DNA of 64,000 bases from Haplodiscus bocki (Eukaryota), in contig OZ296657.1 in NCBI GenBank assembly GCA_965655095.1, positions 20,770,001 to 20,834,000 on the forward strand, in the 5' to 3' direction. Both the position numbers and the translations under genes were made by a program. The notes under the pieces are model-generated. The model had not been told where the DNA came from. It saw nothing but the letters and a program-made list of their open reading frames with translations, and made no database searches. Positions 10,801 through 23,907 of this stretch are shown here, one piece after another. Each line of letters begins with the position of its first letter. The first letter of the stretch is position 1.

Positions 10801-11494
10801 AAGATATCCACATCTTCAATGATACCTCCCGATTCATAGCTGACAAATATGAACCCCTGAGGCGTTCCTATGAAATTTATGGCCACAGAGCTTCAACACA
10901 CACCCTCCAGTTTGATGCCCTTGGCAGTGTTTCTCGCGACAGCTACAACCTCATCAACCGAATCACGAACAAAAAGAATGCATAACTTGTTCTGAGGAAA
11001 ATAACCAACCTAATCACACACTGTACCCGCAACCTCACAGGGCAACATCAACTATCCTGAACTAAAAGCTGATGACGCGCTCTCTGCCAAATCCACGATT
11101 GTGCTAATAATCAATTTTTATGCCATTGTTTCATTATGCCTATTGTTTTACAATGTCAATCTATCTATTCATTTACGCAACTCGCATTCTCCAAAGGTCC
11201 ATATTATTCTTCAACATGTACCCGCCTCATTCCCACAACGAAGCCCCTGTAGCCAAGCAGCGTCATCTTTGGAACGCTCGACCTCCTGCTGGTGTTGGAC
11301 CAGATGGGCTTGGATGGAGGTGGCCCACCAGACTTATAACTGACTACAAACTTGACTTAAACTCCGTAAACATTCACCTAACCTTTACACTGCTTGTATA
11401 AACTTAGCTCTCACATTCTGTATACTAATTTTTCATCATTGTCTCAAGCAACAATTGCGCGTGTATTTTCCATTTCCTTCTAACTAAAATATTT
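7826..11494 (+). mobile_element. Utopia-like RLE element, near full length and degenerate (ORF ~7960-11070)
   Basis: N-terminal zinc fingers (CAAC..RHSKIC, FECSF, YPCGRC..ALSSHTRQC), SAPGPDGW, FRPI, GYMDD, LTPMQKLHALR, AARL, RLE region; U2 fragments on both sides. Confidence 0.9.
11281..11330 (+). other. conserved pseudoknot-type RNA element in the Utopia 3' UTR
   Basis: Crossing stems ACCTCC/GGAGGT and GATGGGC/GCCCA(T/C)C; homologs at 13500-13548 and 20205-20254. Confidence 0.62.
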
Positions 11495-11530
11495 TATATT
11501 CTCGTCAGCTTAACATCTGACATGGTAAGC
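11495..11530 (+). ncRNA. U2: U2 fragment nt ~39-74
   Basis: TTCTCGTCAGCTTAACATCTGACATGGTAAGC, then a deletion junction into Tx1 ORF1. Confidence 0.75.
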
Positions 11531-13497
11531 CGGATGCATCGGGATCGCGAGATGAATCAAAAAATGAGTCGCAAAACGAATCGCACGAGGAATCGCAAGT
11601 TGAGTCTCAAAACGAATCGCAAGATGAATCCAAGAGGAATAGCGAGATGAATCGCATAATGAAACACAAAATGAAACTGAGGTAGAAACTTCGGCTCAAG
11701 GAAGTTCAACGACCAAGCAGGCAATAACAACAATAATAAGAGACCATGAAGAACATGAAGATGAAACCGATCTTCGACTCGCAGCAAAAAATCTATGAGG
11801 TTGAACGAAAGATAATGATTCGGCAACTGGAGCGGATTAAAGAAGTCCGTGCTGATATCAAGAAGTGGAAGAGAAAGAAGTGAACAAAGATTTGAAAACT
11901 CAACAAAATGAGTCTGTAATTTCTAAAATACTGAGTGAGCGAAATCAGGCTCTTGCTGACAATAACACGATAATCTAAGAACTTTCTAGTTTTTACAAAG
12001 AACTCCATGATGCAAAAATTAGAGATGAAGGCCAAAAACAGCAGACACTGGACAGACTTGAAGAACAATCATTTAGGAGAGAAAAAGATGAGACGAATGA
12101 AAAAAAACCGATATCTACAACTGAAATCACTTAAGCCATCAGAAATCTCAAAAATCAGCCCTGGTCCTGATGGATTGCCCACTCTTTTGTAACAAGGAAT
12201 CGAAAAAAAGGGGCCCAACCTTGTCAATGTTATAGACAGCGGGAGTATTTTGCCTGAATCGCTTGGTTTCGCAATCAATGAAGTACTGCCCTAAAAAAAC
12301 GCTCTCCGTGGAAAAGACTATCGGCCGCTGAGTTTAATGAACAGATCAAAAAATCTATTGGCATTTTATAGCCAATAGATTGAGAACAAAAAGCATGGAA
12401 AAACTAATTGGCTAAGAACAAATCAGCTATTTGAGAAAACTCCAGATACATCAAGTGATTGATCACACGAAATTAGCTTGAAGAAATGAAAACTGAAACT
12501 TGAGTTATTGCTACAGACTTCAGAAGACCCTTTGATAGCGTCAACAGAAAATACCTTAATCGTTTACTGCAGGTGATTGGAATGCCGATAAACATTATCC
12601 AATGTATCAAAGCGACAAAAGAAAAGACTACTGCAGTCTTTGAAGTCAATCACCACGTGACAAAATCTGTTGATATTAGGAGTGGGGTCGGAGACGGATG
12701 GCCGCTCTCTGCACTAATATTCATTTTAGCCGTTGAACCACTGCTGTTGGACATTAAAAACGACCATTCCATAAAGACCAGTTTTGTCACCAAAGAATCA
12801 ACCTACGCTGATGACACAAGTTGTTACGTTAAAAGAAGATCTTTGGCGCCATTATTTGAAAGCGTGCAACGATTTTGTGAGGCCACTCAATTGTCTGTAA
12901 AAGTAGAAAAAACGGATATTCGTGGAAGACAGAGCATTGAATATCACACAACGCAAAGGAAATCAAAATACTCGGAATTGACCATATTCTGAACTATCTA
13001 ACGAAAAATGACAGTTTTCAACAGAAAAACTCAAGGGAGGTTCAGAAATCCGTTCCAATGATATCGAAAATTCTAATTTCAATCCGGTCAAAAGCAAAAA
13101 CTTCCGATATTTTTGTTTATTCTAAGTTGATTAACATGTTGCGGTACGCAGGAGTCAAAACATAGCGCCTCGAAAAATTCCAATGTGGTCTAACAAAAGG
13201 TATATGGACAGAGAAAAGAGCAACAGTGGATTCAGACAATTTTTGTCTCCCCACGCACAACGGCGGAATTGGTCTTCCAAACATTATTCTGAAAACTTAT
13301 GCAGCTGTCACTAGTGTCTGAAAAAGGGTTTTTCAGCAATTTTAGGAAATCTCTTTTGAACATTTTGAAAAATACAATTGAAATAGAATTGAGTAGAAGC
13401 AAAATTCTGTTGGTGGGAGAGGGGAGGCAACTTCGATTTTGGACACCACAAAAACCAAGGAGATATATGTTTCTTCTACTGGCTGACAAGGAACGCT
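11531..13497 (+). mobile_element. Tx1-clade fragment, second diverged subfamily (ORF1 ESQ repeats fused to ORF2 RT)
   Basis: SPGPDGL, KDYRP, TYADD; clearly diverged from the 39158-40651 copy. Confidence 0.82.
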
Positions 13498-13713
13498 AGA
13501 CCTCCAGTCGGTATTGGACCAGATGGGCTTGGATAGAGGTGGCCCATCAGACTTAAAAATGACTATTGAACATGACTTGAGTCTGAAAACATTCTCTTAA
13601 CTTTCAGACTGTTTGCATAAACTTAATTGTTACATTCAGTATAATAATTTTTCATCATTGTTTCAAGTGACAATTACGCGTATAATTTATTCTATTTTAA
13701 ATTAAATATTTAT
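13498..13713 (+). mobile_element. Utopia-like 3' UTR fragment
   Basis: Homologous to 11280-11494 and ends at U2 nt 39. Confidence 0.8.
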
Positions 13714-13863
13714 TCTGTTCTTGTCAGCTTAATATCTGGCATGGTAGGCATGGCCTACATCCAACATTCAACTGACTTTTGTTCCACGGTCAAGGCAAAA
13801 AAGCTTGCTTTAGCCGGACCACGGATTGTCCTGGTCTTACACTGCCACCGGGTACGGTCCAAT
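13714..13863 (+). ncRNA. U2: U2 snRNA 3' part (nt 39-~188)
   Basis: Same structure as 2074-2223; followed by spacer to ~13938. Confidence 0.92.
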
Positions 13864-14085
13864 CGACCGTTTTGAACTCAATACCGCCTCAACTGTACCT
13901 GAACAGTGATCCTTGAAGTTGAAATATTGAGTGTGTTGAAACATTAATCTCACTTAACTTTTACGTATTATTATAATTTCCTGTCTACCCCCATTGATAT
14001 AAAAAACACACATTAAAAGTTTTTTTGCGTCAGCGTCCCATTTTATTTTTTTTGCTATAAATTTACTTGCATTTTTTCACCTGCA

Positions 14086-15060
14086 GTGCGTCGTCGCGTC
14101 TGGCGTCAAATGCGATTATATACACTACTATTTTTATTAGTTTTTTCACTCTCCATGGAATACTTCAACTTCGCCGAACGCAAGGCTATCGTGCCATTTC
14201 CAATTGCCTTTTTTCTTGTGTGCATAGCCTGCGACCATTCCATCGAAGAATCCACCTTAAAGAGAGATATCTTCCGGCATTCAAAGAACTGCAGGCAGAG
14301 GAATCCTGGAAGTGCAGAAAAGAATGTGTCAGTGTTTGAATGCACGTTCTGTAAGTATCTAACCGGGAACCGCCGACACGCGACGACTCACCAAGTGACA
14401 CATTGCGCTGATCCCCAGTACAGCTTAGTGAAATACAGTTGCAGTAAATGTACGAGGGATTTTGCCACCCAAAAAGCCTTGAGCAGTCATTTGCGTCAGT
14501 GCGGACCAACTACAAAAGCCCCCGCCAACAACCCCTCGACAGCAAATGCTGGAACTCTTGTATTGGAAGCTGACCACCACCACCACCACTCACCGCCACA
14601 TCCAAATTCCGAAGAGGCCGTGCATTTAGAGCCACAGGCTTATGAGCAAGAAAACCCTCAAACAAGTGGCGTTCCAGACACTGTTGATGACCCATCGGCT
14701 AACTTGTCCTTCAACTCGGTGTCTTCGCTTGAACTGGAGGATTTACCCACAACATTTGACATATATCCTTAGCCAGTAAGCATCGGCTCGAATTTTATGT
14801 GTGATAATAGAACCAATTGAAGAGAAGTTATGGAAGCCACCATGTACAGAGGGCTTGTCAGAACTGAGTAGGTAGTTAAGGCTTAACTTCACCCCGATTC
14901 AGCACCAGGACCCGATGGCTGGTCATACAGTGAACTAGGGAAAATCCCTCAGTCCAGCGAAAAATTTGTACAAGGCATTCATATGATGGCCGCGGCCGGA
15001 GTAAAACCAGAATCTTGGAAATCATACAAAAGTATGATGCTTTTCAAGAAACCAGACAAC
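14086..15060 (+). mobile_element. Utopia-like 5' fragment with three zinc fingers and RT start
   Basis: CIAC..RHSKNC, FECTFC..THQVTH, CSKC..LSSHLRQC; DSAPGPDGW. Confidence 0.85.
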
Positions 15061-15728
15061 ATTGAGCCACAGAATAATGGATAAACTTAATGGATCTGAA
15101 AAAGGGTTTTTCAGTGAATTTAGGAAATCTCTTTTGAAAGGTTTGGAAACTACACTTGAAAGAGAAATGAGTGAAACCAAATTCTGTTAGCAGGTGAGGG
15201 TAGGCAATTTCAGATTTTGGACACAAAAATGAAGGAGATAAACCTTTCTCCGACTAACTGAAAAAAAGAAAAGGAGGGTAGAAAACCACCTAGCTCCATT
15301 TTGCAAGAGATTCTCAACGTTTCAATGAATCAACTTCTATTGTTCAACAGGTTCCTATGGAAGACTAGATCACTTTATTCACATGAAAGGAATGTAATGT
15401 ATCGAGTGCTATATGCCTCTTGGTCTCACACGCCAACAATGAAGCAGCTAAAACTAATAGAAGACGACACCTGCACTTTCTGTAAAGTTGATCAAGAAAC
15501 AGAACAAGTAACTTTTAATGCCAAAATTTGAAATATCTCCTTGAAAATTACTAAATAAACAGTTGGAAAAATATTTTCGTGGACCGGAACGCTATATCAA
15601 AACCATTTCAAGATGGAGCCGGGAAAATACCTAATTTGGATGATACTATGACCAGAAATAAAAAACTTGGATTTGGTACAAGAGAGAAGGCAGAGGACTA
15701 AAAAATAGGCTTTCTGGAGCATTTGAAA
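15061..15728 (+). mobile_element. Tx1 3' fragment (zinc-finger region fused by deletion to the terminal ATTTGAAA)
   Basis: DDTCTFCK..ETE; the end abuts U2 nt 6. Confidence 0.78.
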
Positions 15729-15760
15729 TTCTAGGATTTCTGGCTAAAATCATGTGTAGT
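15729..15760 (+). ncRNA. U2: U2 nt 6-37 fragment including the branch-point recognition GTAGT
   Basis: TTCTAGGATTTCTGGCTAAAATCATGTGTAGT. Confidence 0.8.
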
Positions 15761-17822
15761 TGACGAGCAAGAAGTCATGAAGAGACAGACATTCACGAAG
15801 TCAAGACGATACCATTGCCGACAATAACTGGAGAAAGTTCACCTGACGAACTTGATGACACAGCAGCCCTTTGAAACGTCTGGCAACCGCTTTCACGGTT
15901 GTACGGCTATCATGCTTTTCCTGCCACTCCCAATATTGTGTGATGCTTGTCAGATCACAATCGGAGAATCCTCTCCTAAAAGAGACGTGAATCAGGAAGG
16001 GAGGGAGACAACGTGCTCCGGGCAGTGTAGATAAGAAGGATGGGCAGTTCAATAGTGTCTACTGCCTCTGGCTCATGATAGAAGGAAGGCAACCGACCAC
16101 CAAGGCCTGCACTTTTGTGACCCTCATTAACAACGGGAACATACGATTGTACGAACTGCAACCACTCGTTTGGGATACAGAAGGCACTGAGCAGTCACAC
16201 GAGACAAAGTACACAGCAGAGCAGTGTCGTGACTACAGTGATAAAAACAACACTGGTAGCTGCAGTGTGTCCCCCTCTACCCGATGAACCCCTCCGCCTA
16301 CACCACCGCTGCCTCCAGCGTTGCCTTCCACCAAGGAGTATATGACAGGGACTTCGGTAGGAGTTGCTGAAGAACTAGACCATATCATCTCACTGAGCAA
16401 TGTGTCCCGTACATATCAGGCAGAAATCGACAAAGAAAGATAAAACCCGCCATTTTACGAGACTTATTAAGTGCAGGAACGCATAATCGAATGGCAAGAA
16501 GCAGAATGCAATGAAGGCATGAATACTCCACTTTCAACGAGGGAAAAGAAGGTCTAGTTACAAGAATAGTGGGCTGAGACAGCAGCAACCTCGGAGGACT
16601 GCTGCGGAACTGCAAAGGTTATACAGCACAGATATGAAGAAAGTATGAACAAAATTCAATTCTTCCTTGAGATACTGTGTGAGGTACACCCAAATGATTT
16701 GCATTGTGGCTTTTTCCTACAGTTAGGGGCAGAAGAAAAAACACCCACTGAGAGGCAAAGACTTTGCCTGCCGTGCGGAAAGGGGACAATGATTTGTCTG
16801 CTGTTTCAGATCGTATGAAGTGGAGCAGGCACTACAAAATAAAATTTAGCTTCAGGGACAGATCAATGGACCTACGACACAGTAAGACCGACACATTCTG
16901 CCAAGAAGTTTGTGGAGTGTCTGCACGCGATGGGACTCACGAGATTAACACCTGACTGCTGGAAGAAATACAACAGCATGCTGCAATTAAAGAAACCGAG
17001 TTGAGTATGAAGTAGTCCAAGAGAAGGAGTTAAGATGTTTCAGGCCAATGGCTTTTTCAGATGTCTGCAATAAATTATTTGCCTCCATCCTGTGCAGGTG
17101 ACGCAACAGTTGGTTGAAGACTAACAAGAGCGTTGGCTTCTCTCAGCGGGCTGTGTTTGGCAGGCACGGCGTTGCAGAAAACGCACTGGCAGTTAGCAAT
17201 GCCCTTAGAAAGAAGAAGACAGTGGTCTACCTGGATCTAAGTGACGCCTTCAACAGTGTGGAGCAATGTCTGATTTTTGAAGCACTACGAAAATGCAACT
17301 GTTCATGATGGATCATTGGTCTCATCAAATCGATGTACTCCGGATGCAAGACGACGCCAGTCAGTGTGAAAGGAGAAGAATTCTCGGGCCCTGTTCCTGT
17401 TAGCCGTGGAGTGAAGCAAGGATGGCCCCTTAGTGGACTGTTGTTGAACCTCGTGCTGGACCCTTTGTTGAAAGAAGCCACATCAGATGTGTCAACGTGC
17501 CTTGGCTACATGGATGACTTGGCCATCATCATAGAGGACGAGAACAAAGTGGAAAAAGTTTTCTCAAAAACAGTGAATCTGGCAAAGAGCCCGGGTTTCA
17601 GCTTCAATGCAAAGAACTGCGGGGTGGCAAGATTTCCACTCCTCCTCCTCCTTGACGTTAAGCATTGACGGGGCAACCATTCCAGTGGTCAACGATGACA
17701 AGGACTGAAAGAACACTGTAACAGAAGCATTCCCATCAACAGTCGAAGGACTAGTATCCTGCTTCGAAATGGCCCTTCGCATCGCCGAACCAAGAGAGTA
17801 CTCTGAGTTAACATCAATACAC
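15761..17822 (+). mobile_element. Utopia-like element, 5' two-thirds, degenerate
   Basis: FHGCTAIMLF.LP..CDAC, QRAVFGRHGV, YLDLSDAFNSV, GVKQG.PLS, GYMDD. Confidence 0.85.
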
Positions 17823-18631
17823 ATTGAATCGTTTGATGGAATTCGTTTTTGGGTTTCCGTTTTTGCAGTATAGCTGTATTTTCTGTTTTTCATTTTTTTC
17901 CAGTGCCGCCCATATGTCAGGTTTTTCAACTAAACTAGAAGTCTTTTCAGGCTTGATGACTCTTTTTGGAGAATAAGGAGTGTGCATCAGTCAAAAGGTT
18001 GCATACATTAATTTATAGGACGTTTAGTTTCACCGTATTTTTTGCCACTGCAAAACTTTGTTTTCCAAGGTTTTGCTTCACGGGTGCTTGGTTTTGTGCC
18101 AATTTCAAGCCCATAACTTGTGAATTAGGCCTCTCATGTAAAGTTACGGAGAATTGGACATCCTTTTTTTGGCTTGCCGTTGACGTAGACAAAAAGAGTT
18201 TTTGCAGGTTCCTACAGTCCTGTCAGACCTAGGTAGCTCTGTCAGACCAATTTGGCGATTTAGCACGTTTGGGTGTACGAAAATTTCAAAAGTTTCTCAC
18301 GGAACCATTTTGGCAAGTGAATTGCTCATTTTGAGACCATTAACGGGTGTCTACTAACGAAATCATTTTACATGAATTTTCGATGACAACCTGTTCCATA
18401 ATATAATTTTGAAGGTCAAAACTTTGCGTTTCAGTTTCAGTGTCATGATGTTTGGCAACAACTACCACAATTTGTGCTTAAAGTGAATGCAATGACGTTG
18501 GATCGTTGTCTTGTCATGTTGTAAGAAGTCAAGGTCATAGCTGGGGTCGCTGAGATTGTGCGAATTTGAAAAACTGCATCATGGAAGTTACATTTGTGAT
18601 TCATATGTGGAGATAGAATATCTTTTGTTTT
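17823..18631 (+). repeat. U2 spacer/promoter copy
   Basis: Colinear with 2320-3123. Confidence 0.88.
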
Positions 18632-18662
18632 ATCGCTTCTCGGCCGTCTGGCTAAGATCATG
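18632..18662 (+). ncRNA. U2: U2 nt 1-31
   Basis: ATCGCTTCTCGGCCGTCTGGCTAAGATCATG. Confidence 0.9.
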
Positions 18663-20404
18663 AAAAAAAATGAATAAGATCAGCAATGTTCACCAGAGGT
18701 TCCTGGATGGTGTCCATGGAATTTGTGGCACCCAAAAAGTGCCCTCTTCTTGGAAAACATACAATACTTTACTCCTATTCAAAAAGCCTAAAGACTACAA
18801 CCCCGGTGAAGAAGAAATACTGAAAAAATTCCGCCCTATTGCTCCATCGAATGTGGGGTACAAAGTTTTTGCGTCCATGCTAGGAACTCGCCTGATCAAA
18901 TGGTTGCAGCTCAACAATGGGGTACAATGGTCCCAAAGAGCCATATTCAACCACAATGGTGTACGGGACAACACTTTAGTTAATGCAGCAATACAAACGA
19001 ATCAGAAAGTTGTATTCTTTGATTTATCTGATGCATTCAATAGTGTCAATCATGAGTTATTGATTGAAGGCCTCAGCAAAATAGGTGCCCAAATTGGATT
19101 GTCGAAACTATTCGAGAGTTATATCTTCAATGCTCTACTACTCCTGTTTCTATGCAAAAGCAACAACTCTCCAGCCCAATCTTCATCAACAGCAGAGTCA
19201 AGCAAGGGTACCCAATGTCATCAACACTTTTTAATTTTTATATCAGCCCCATACTAGCGATGGTACATCAACTTGGCGCTACGTGTCTTGGCTATATGGA
19301 CGACCTAGCGGTAATCATCCCCAAGAATCTTGACGTGCAGTTCATACTCGATGAAGTCACACGGGTAGCTGATGCTCTAAAAATGTCATTCAACATCAAG
19401 AAATGCGGCATCATCAATCAAGAAAAACCAACAACCTTGAAGTCAGAAACGATTCCTCAAATAACATCCAGATGTTCCTACCAATATCTAGGTGCAAGTG
19501 CGGCCGACAAGAAGTTAGAAGGACTCATGGAATCGTTTGAAAAGTTCAAAAATGACTGCCAAACTGTTCTTAACAGCGCCCTTACTCCAATGCAAAAACT
19601 GAATTCTTTGAGAACCCACCTCCTCCCTAAACTCTACCACCTGGTTGAGAACACTTCTCCAAAACAGTCTACACTTCGGAAGATAAATTCTTTCCTTCGG
19701 AAGATAACTAAAACGCTGTGCTTCCTACCTGAAAAAGCGACAAACTCTTATGTTCACCTAAGTAGACTCCACGGTGGTCCTGGAATTCCTGATATGGTCT
19801 GGTTAACACGCACCAAAATCTTGGTCGCTTTTTTCCAAACAATGAACAATGACCAGAACTTTACGAGCGCCTTCTGTGACCTCGTCCATTGTGAAAACTT
19901 GGTTGATCAGATACATATCCGGCATGATTGTCCACCTTTAAAGAAAAAAAGTTACAGGCCATATCATAGGAACTCAACAAACTTTCTGAGAATAGCTTTG
20001 AGCTCATAACAAAAATTCAAACACTCATGATATGTTTTTGTTGTTCCTTCTATTTTTACTCCCCCTTAATTTTCTATTTTTTTTTCACAGTTTGCTTCGA
20101 GACATGTGTACGTACACTTATATTACTTTTAGTCAAAAGGTCCACACACAAGCAACAAGTTCTGATCGTAACCAAGCAAAAATGTAATTCTGTGGTTTAA
20201 ACGTCCTCCTGCTGGAATTGGACCTGATGGGAATTGGATGGAGGTGTCCCATCAACAAACTATTCTTAATCTCTTTTAACTAGAACATTCTTTGACTCTA
20301 TGCTTTTTACTAGTTGTAAATACATCATTTATTAATTTATAACCAACAATATGAAGCTCTTTTACCCGTATATTTTGTTTTGTTATACCTAATTTAAATA
20401 TTCC
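18663..20404 (+). mobile_element. 5'-truncated Utopia-like element (RLE part deleted), flanked by both halves of one U2 gene
   Basis: FRPIA, FFDLSDAFNSV, VKQG.PMS, GYMDD, LTPMQKL, HGGPGIPD; U2 nt 1-31 on the left and nt 38+ on the right, no TSD. Confidence 0.88.
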
Positions 20405-20555
20405 ATCTGTTCTTGTCAGCTTAATATCTGGCATGGTAGGCACCGCCTACCTCCAATATTAAACTGATTTTTGATCCACGGTCTAGGCAAAAAAGCTTGC
20501 TTTAGCCGGACCACGGATTGTCCTGGTCTTACACTCCCACCGGGTACGGTCCAAT
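20405..20555 (+). ncRNA. U2: U2 snRNA 3' part (nt 38-~188)
   Basis: Best-preserved copy; spacer follows to ~20860. Confidence 0.93.
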
Positions 20556-23253
20556 CGACCATTTTGGATTCAATATCTCCTCAACTGGACCTGCACAGTG
20601 GTCCTTGAATTTGGAATATTGAGTGTGTTGAGTGATGCTAAGCATTTTTGTTGAATTGTTTGATGAAGTTCGTTTTTGGGTTTTCGTGTTTGCAGTATAG
20701 CTGATTATTTTGTTTCTCATCTTTTTCTTCCAGTATCGCCCATATTCGACTCAACCAGAAGTCTTTTTCAGGCTTGAGGACTCCTCTTGGCGAATAAGAA
20801 GTGTGCATTAGTCAAAGGTTGCATACGTTGTCTTTTGCGACGTTTGCTTTTACGGTATTTTCAACGGTTTATCGTTGAGTAACTTTCCACCATGGTCCAA
20901 AAGTTGCTCATTGGCATTTCAATTCTGCTTATTTGCTTTTCAATTCTGCTTAATGGATTTTATTATTGCAATGGTTGAAGATACTTCCTAGTCGATCTTA
21001 TATTGATCTTAATTAACTCATCTCAGGTTACTTTGCCAAAACGCGTTAAAAACAATGCCTTTGCCCGAAAGCAGAGAAGAAGTACAGGTTCTTAGGATTC
21101 CTGTACCTCTTCGCGCTGCAGATTTTCAGTCAAGAGAAGATTTAGATTTGGCTTTCAGAAAAGGGTGTTCTCCGATTTTGAAGCGGGCACCGAATTTTTG
21201 CCAAAATGAAGTGACTTTGTCAAAAACTTTTAATGCATTAGGAGGAAGGAACATTCATACAATAACTGTTGTTGCATCGTCCGATGCAAGACCCTATTTT
21301 GATGAAATTAGAACAAGAGGCATTAAGCTTCTCGGTAAAATAGTTTTCCCTTTGGGGCATAGTGCATTTATAAGTAGCAATCGGCATAATATATATCCAC
21401 GAAAAGTGAACATCAAAATTCAGAACCTCCCCATCATCTGCTCGGACGATGAAGCAATGAAGTTATTTAGTTTTCCACCTGAAATTGAAAATATAGATGA
21501 AATTGATCGAAGAAAAGAAAATGTTGAAGGTGTAGATTTCTACATCAGAGAAGCGCAAGTCAAAGTCGGTGTGCGCAATGAGAAACAGTTGAAAAACCTT
21601 ACTCTGTGGTCATATGACAAGAGAACCAAAAATGAACCAACCCTTTTGAACGGAAAACCTGTGTCTTTTCACGCTCCGTCGTTGCATAAGTGCGAAGAGT
21701 ACAAGAAAACTAGGCAATTTCAGGGCCACCACAAAAACTGGTGCTTCCTACAAGATCTTTCGAAGCACTATTTGACAGAATAAAGTGTTCTTGCGATGCC
21801 ACTCAATTATCTGTTAAAGTTGATAAAACAAAAATTCTGAGCAGAAGAAGCATGCAATATTATGAAACTCGAAAGAAAATCAAAATACTCGGTATTGAAC
21901 AAAAATTGAATGATCAGGCAAATAAGGACCTCTTTCAGGAAAAAATCTCAGAAGTTCAAAACTCGGTTGCAGCGATATCCAAAAGGATAATTTCAATGCG
22001 GGCAAAAGCAATAAATTTCGAAACTTTCATTTACTCCAAGTTGATTTACGTGTTACGCCACACAAAAGTGGTAACACAGCGATTCGAAAGATTCCAAAGG
22101 TATATAACAAAAGGTATATGGATGGAGAAGAGAACAGCAGTGGCTTCAGACATTCTGTCTCCCCACACACAGCGGCGGAATTGGTCTCCCAAAAATTGAC
22201 CTGAAAACTTTTGCAGCCGTCATTAGTGACTGGAAAAATACATTCTTCAACTCAAATCTAGGAAAAGAAATTCTGCTGAATCAACTCTTCGGATCTGAGG
22301 AAGGGTTTCTCCATGACCTTAAGAAATCTTTTTGAAAAGTTTGAAATGAAAATTGATATCTAGGGAGAACAAATTCTGTTGATGGGTGACGGGAGACAAT
22401 TGCAAAATGTGGAGCGTACGAAAACGAAAGAGATTTATCTTTTTCCTCTAATTACGGAAAAAAAACGAAAAGTAGAAAACCGCCTGGCTCCATCTTGCAG
22501 GATTTTCGACGTTCCTGCACAACAACTTCTATCTTTTAAAAAGTTCCTTTGGTAGGCTTCTTCAATGTATCCACATGAAGAGAATCTAATGTATCGAGTT
22601 CTCTAGACTTCTTGCTCAGACAAGCCAAAAATGAAGCAATTAAATTTAATTCAAGATGATAACTGTACTTTTTGTAAACGTGTGCAAGAAACGACAGAAC
22701 ATATACTTTTCGATTGCCAAATTTTGGATAATCTCCGCAAAGAAAACAAACTAAAACATTGGAAAAACATTTTTGTTGACAAAAACTCCATGTCAAAACA
22801 TTTTGCCACGAACGTTTTGATTGGAGCGTGGAAAAACGAAAGTGAAAAAACGATGGACTATCTTAATAAAAACATATCCAGATGGAGCCGGGCAAACACC
22901 AAAATTGGATGAAATCTACACAGAAAAAATAATTGGTTTGGTACAAGAGAAAAATGGAAGATGGAAAGGAAGTATAAAGGTAGGGAATAGGTATTTCTGG
23001 AGAGTTCAACCCCGTTCTTTTTAATAGCATATTTAATATATATTTAAAACCGATTAGAATTTCATGCAACCAAGTTGACGGAAAATCAATTGTGAAACCA
23101 AGTAATGCCGGATGGTGCGGTGGTCCCCGTATCCGCCGTCTTGCGTCGAATGCTGCCTTCTCCGCGGGTGGATACGGGGACCCTAAAAAACTTTTCGGGA
23201 CCCGGGCCTTGTAATGGGTGACTAATGTAACGTGATGTAATGTGAAAGATTGG

Positions 23254-23365
23254 AACTAATGGTGATATATTGCAACTAATGGTGAAATATTGCAACTAAT
23301 GGTGAAAGATAGCAACTAATGGTGAAATATTGCAACTAATGGTGAAATATTGCAACTAATGGTGC
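23254..23365 (+). repeat. 20-bp tandem repeat AACTAATGGTGAAATATTGC (~5.5 units)
   Basis: Direct reading; same array at ~41707-41818; only about 2 units at ~7326-7355. Confidence 0.9.
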
Positions 23366-23438
23366 TTTTCGTTTTGTTTTTTTCTTTCTTTTTTTTATCA
23401 AAATAAATAATGGCTCCGGGAACCAAGTGGAAGAGACG

Positions 23439-23807
23439 CAGGGGCTGATGATCAAACTCAGGTCTTGGGGACGAGCCAGCAACTACAATTTCAAGGTTCT
23501 GGACACTGTGTCTAAGATGGACACTGACTGGCGATTCCAGTCGAGCATTTGAGAAACAGGACTCAGTTGGAATTCCATATCTGGCCTCAAACACCTGTCT
23601 CGAACTTCGTCTACAGAGCCACCCGCCTCATGCAATGCAATCACCACCGTGCAACAGATCTTCCACCTTTCAAAGATTAGACGCCGTTGCTGGGATTCGA
23701 ACCCCCTACCTTGAAATCGGAGACTCAGGCGTTGACCATTATACCAACATTTCATAAAAACGTAGAAAGCTGAATGTAACTCGTAATGGTTTATGCATCA
23801 GCCCCTG
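23439..23807 (-). mobile_element. IR-flanked antisense tRNA-derived cassette (copy 2)
   Basis: CAGGGGCTGATG / CATCAGCCCCTG ends; tRNA-like head 23682-23753 with TGGTATAATGG and GGTTCGAATCC. Confidence 0.75.
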
Positions 23808-23894
23808 ACAAAACCTTTGCATAATTTATGGGTGCTTAAAAGTTTATTGACAAATTATGGAACAAAAAACTCAAGTTAATTTAAATATTCGAAA

Positions 23895-23907
23895 TTCTCG
23901 ACCTTTT
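23895..23907 (+). ncRNA. U2: U2 nt 6-18 remnant
   Basis: TTCTCGACCTTTT, then joined through a T-run to spacer DNA. Confidence 0.65.

Larger units (their letters stand above)
20865..23894 (+). mobile_element. Tx1 element, internally deleted (5' UTR, ORF1, end of ORF2, full 3' UTR)
   Basis: Close homolog of 3143-7796; ORF1 fused to post-YADD ORF2 at ~21750; 3' end TAATTTAAATATTCGAAA abuts U2 nt 6. Confidence 0.9.

Noticed and set aside
11281-11330. HDV-like ribozyme (the minus strand has P1/P2/P4-like order)
   Set aside because: Only 6 nt where P3/L3 (~13 nt) is required, and no G-U at the cleavage site
23254-23365. Regularly spaced repeats as a CRISPR array (also 25660-26007 and 41707-41818)
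   Set aside because: Contiguous tandem units without unique spacers, in a eukaryotic context with no cas genes
23682-23753. Functional tRNA genes (also 7573-7643, 42135-42201, 43597-43668)
   Set aside because: A/B boxes are present but the acceptor and anticodon stems do not pair consistently and differ between copies; treated as a tRNA-derived head
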